Source: Bdellovibrionales bacterium
Lineage (GTDB): Bacteria > Bdellovibrionota > Bdellovibrionia > Bdellovibrionales > DASUEL01
Assembly (NCBI GenBank): GCA_050250255.1
Contig: JBFWOZ010000051.1
Location: 1-18,598, forward strand
DNA: 18,598 nucleotides
Direction: 5' to 3'
The notes beneath the pieces were generated by a model. That model saw only the letters and a program-made list of their open reading frames with translations, ran no database searches and was not told where the DNA came from. Shown here one piece after another: positions 16,965 through 18,598 of this stretch (position 1 is the first letter of the stretch; every line of letters begins with the position of its first letter). Both the position numbers and the translations under genes were made by a program.

Positions 16965-17390
16965 CTAAATAATACCTAACTCTCGCCGCATAACTTGCTC
17001 ATCTTGGTGAGAAACATAGACGAGAATCTGTGGACTGTTATTGTTCTCTCGAACCAAATATGAAATGTCGAATAGAATCTGTTTGTTTCCAGTTTTTCTA
17101 AAGCGGGCACTCCATTGAACCTTTGCCCACGAATGTAAGTCGTCAATTTTCGTAACTTCAATTTTTTGAGGACTTAACGAGAGCATACCAGTACTTCTTT
17201 GAGACTCAGCTACGCTGTTGAGAGCTACATGAATCTCCTCTCTCCCTTTAAGACAACCCGTAAAATTAGGAGCTGCCGCAAGAGCACAGTCACCATAAAA
17301 TTTAGACAGCTTTTCTCCATCGTCAAAAGCTTTGCCATAAGATTCAAAAAACTCTGTTAGATTAATTTTTCGATATTGAACATTCGCCAT
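16965..17390 (-). CDS. NTF2/SnoaL-like fold protein
   Basis: FFESYGKAF...LSKFY helix pattern, GREEI motif, C-terminal strands AKVQW..F and DISYLVR. Confidence 0.7.
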   Translation of the reverse strand: MANVQYRKINLTEFFESYGKAFDDGEKLSKFYGDCALAAAPNFTGCLKGREEIHVALNSVAESQRSTGMLSLSPQKIEVTKIDDLHSWAKVQWSARFRKTGNKQILFDISYLVRENNNSPQILVYVSHQDEQVMRRELGII

Positions 17391-17404
17391 TCCATTTCCC
17401 TGCC

Positions 17405-18160
17405 TTAAGGCTCCAGCTTGAGCTCTTTTTCAAAAAGCAGCCTGCTTCTTTTGATTTTGGGTCTATACTTAAAACCAAACTGCTGAATAGCACGGCTCTT
17501 AATCAAAGCAGCTATTTCACTTGGAGAGTCACTCACAATAATGTTCTCGTAGTCTTCCGAATCAATGGTGTGTTTCCCAATCATAGTCTCTTTCATAAAC
17601 TGAATGAGTGGGCGCCAATAATTGGTACCCATCAAGATAAGCGGAAACTTTTCGACTTTTGCCGTTTGAATTAAAGTCGCTATTTCAAAAAACTCATCCA
17701 GCGTTCCGAAACCACCTGGCATAGCGACAAATGCATATGAATATTTCGCGAGCATCAACTTGCGTATGAAGAAATACCTGAACTCAACAAACGTATCAAG
17801 ATATGGGTTGGCTTTTTGTTCTTTGGGAAGAAGAATATTACATCCAACGGATCTGCCACCAGCATCTTTAGCTCCCCGATTTGCGGCTTCCATTAAGCCA
17901 CCAGCTCCACCAGTAATAACTGTAAAGCCAAGTTTCGCGACTTCTGAACCTAATGTTCGAGTTTGAGAATAATACGGATGATCTTCTTTAAACCGTGCAG
18001 ATCCATAAATCGTTACACACGGACCTACAAAATGAAGGGCACGAAAGCCTCTGATACATTCCACCAAAATCCGTATTGCCTGACGTGTCTCAAATCGCCG
18101 AGTAAGGGGGCCTTGCAAGAATACTTCATTGTTTTGTTGTCTAGTTCTCTTTGGGGTCAT
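17405..18160 (-). CDS. LOG-family nucleotide phosphoribohydrolase (TIGR00730 type)
   Basis: VTIYGSAR, ITGGAGGLMEAANRGA, RYFFIRK and the signature PGGFGTLDE. Confidence 0.93.
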   Translation of the reverse strand: MTPKRTRQQNNEVFLQGPLTRRFETRQAIRILVECIRGFRALHFVGPCVTIYGSARFKEDHPYYSQTRTLGSEVAKLGFTVITGGAGGLMEAANRGAKDAGGRSVGCNILLPKEQKANPYLDTFVEFRYFFIRKLMLAKYSYAFVAMPGGFGTLDEFFEIATLIQTAKVEKFPLILMGTNYWRPLIQFMKETMIGKHTIDSEDYENIIVSDSPSEIAALIKSRAIQQFGFKYRPKIKRSRLLFEKELKLEP

Positions 18161-18162
18161 TA

Positions 18163-18372
18163 TTACTTTGAAATAGTCATGAGTGCGTTGTAGTCATCAC
18201 CTCGAACAGACAAAGCAATTCTATTGATAGTGTCAAAGCCTCGACCCTTTAAAAAAATCTCGAGTTCTTCCTTTAACTGAGCAAGGTAGACAACTTCAAA
18301 AGCCGTCGGTCCTTTTCTCACAATTTTATTAACTTGTGGCTGAGTATTCATTTTTTGGAGTTGGCGTGGCAT
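18163..18372 (-). CDS. Small hypothetical protein (69 aa)
   Basis: RBS AAGGGGA 5 nt before the ATG. Tandem stops TAATAATG overlap the LOG start, suggesting translational coupling. Confidence 0.7.
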   Translation of the reverse strand: MPRQLQKMNTQPQVNKIVRKGPTAFEVVYLAQLKEELEIFLKGRGFDTINRIALSVRGDDYNALMTISK

Positions 18373-18407
18373 GTTGTCCCCTTTGTTAATTTGTTAACAG
18401 CTTAAAC

Positions 18408-18424
18408 TACAATACTCCTGCCAA
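18408..18424 (-). promoter_or_regulatory. Sigma54-like promoter of the five-gene operon
   Basis: Minus strand TTGGCAGGAGTATTGTA has a TGGCA box, N10 spacing and the TTGT -12 variant also seen at 8750. Confidence 0.5.
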
Positions 18425-18461
18425 TGGCCAACCTATCTTTGTTTGCTTTTAAGGTCATTGC

Positions 18462-18478
18462 TGTGACAACCTGTCATA
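18462..18478. promoter_or_regulatory. Palindromic operator candidate, copy 2
   Basis: TGTGACAACCTGTCATA contains TGACA-N3-TGTCA. A weaker site TGACATTTTGGCT lies 23 bp away (18487-18499). Confidence 0.55.
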
Positions 18479-18585
18479 TGCCAAGGTGACATTTTGGCTT
18501 ATGGTGAACGATTTCGGTTTCAAGACAACGCAAATCACTTACAAGCTAATATTTTTTTGGACTCGGTGATCGCGCGCCCAAGTTG

Positions 18586-18598
18586 AGATCGGAAGAGC
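18586..18598 (+). other. Illumina TruSeq adapter remnant (artefact)
   Basis: The terminal 13 nt, AGATCGGAAGAGC, are the universal Illumina adapter prefix. Confidence 0.95.

Noticed and set aside
22..18193. Many short ORFs (60-143 aa) in the track that overlap larger genes, such as 14123..14554 and 1806..2144
   Set aside because: They are antisense or out-of-frame shadows of well-supported CDSs and carry no recognisable motifs.
1..18598. CRISPR array, tRNA/rRNA, transposase, integrase, phage or defence genes
   Set aside because: By eye I found no spaced repeats, RNA gene signatures or matching protein motifs. Internal intergenic gaps are all about 210 bp or shorter.

Overview
An 18.6-kb, moderately AT-rich bacterial fragment. 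Its gene style (many secreted hypothetical proteins, sigma54- and sigma28-type promoters, short leaders) suggests a Bdellovibrionota-like organism; this is inference only. Left half: a partial ORF coupled to a secreted Asp-box beta-propeller protein; two diverged, tandem secreted paralogues of about 600 aa with GNAT/LuxI-FeeM-like motifs behind a sigma54 promoter; a lipoprotein/outer-membrane barrel/lipoprotein operon divergent from a TetR regulator with a near-perfect sigma28 promoter; and two secreted orphans. Right half: an ABC-F ATPase, an orphan membrane histidine kinase, a TauE-family transporter, a YHS/HMBD-type Cu(I)/Ag(I) P1B ATPase, and a five-gene minus-strand operon (small protein, LOG family, NTF2/SnoaL-like, small membrane protein, dgkA). 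I saw no RNA genes, CRISPR arrays or mobile elements. The last 13 nt are an untrimmed Illumina adapter. The most interesting items are the secreted paralogue pair and a recurring regulatory layout of sigma54 boxes with TGACA-N3-TGTCA-like sites about 48 bp upstream, plus several apparently leaderless genes.
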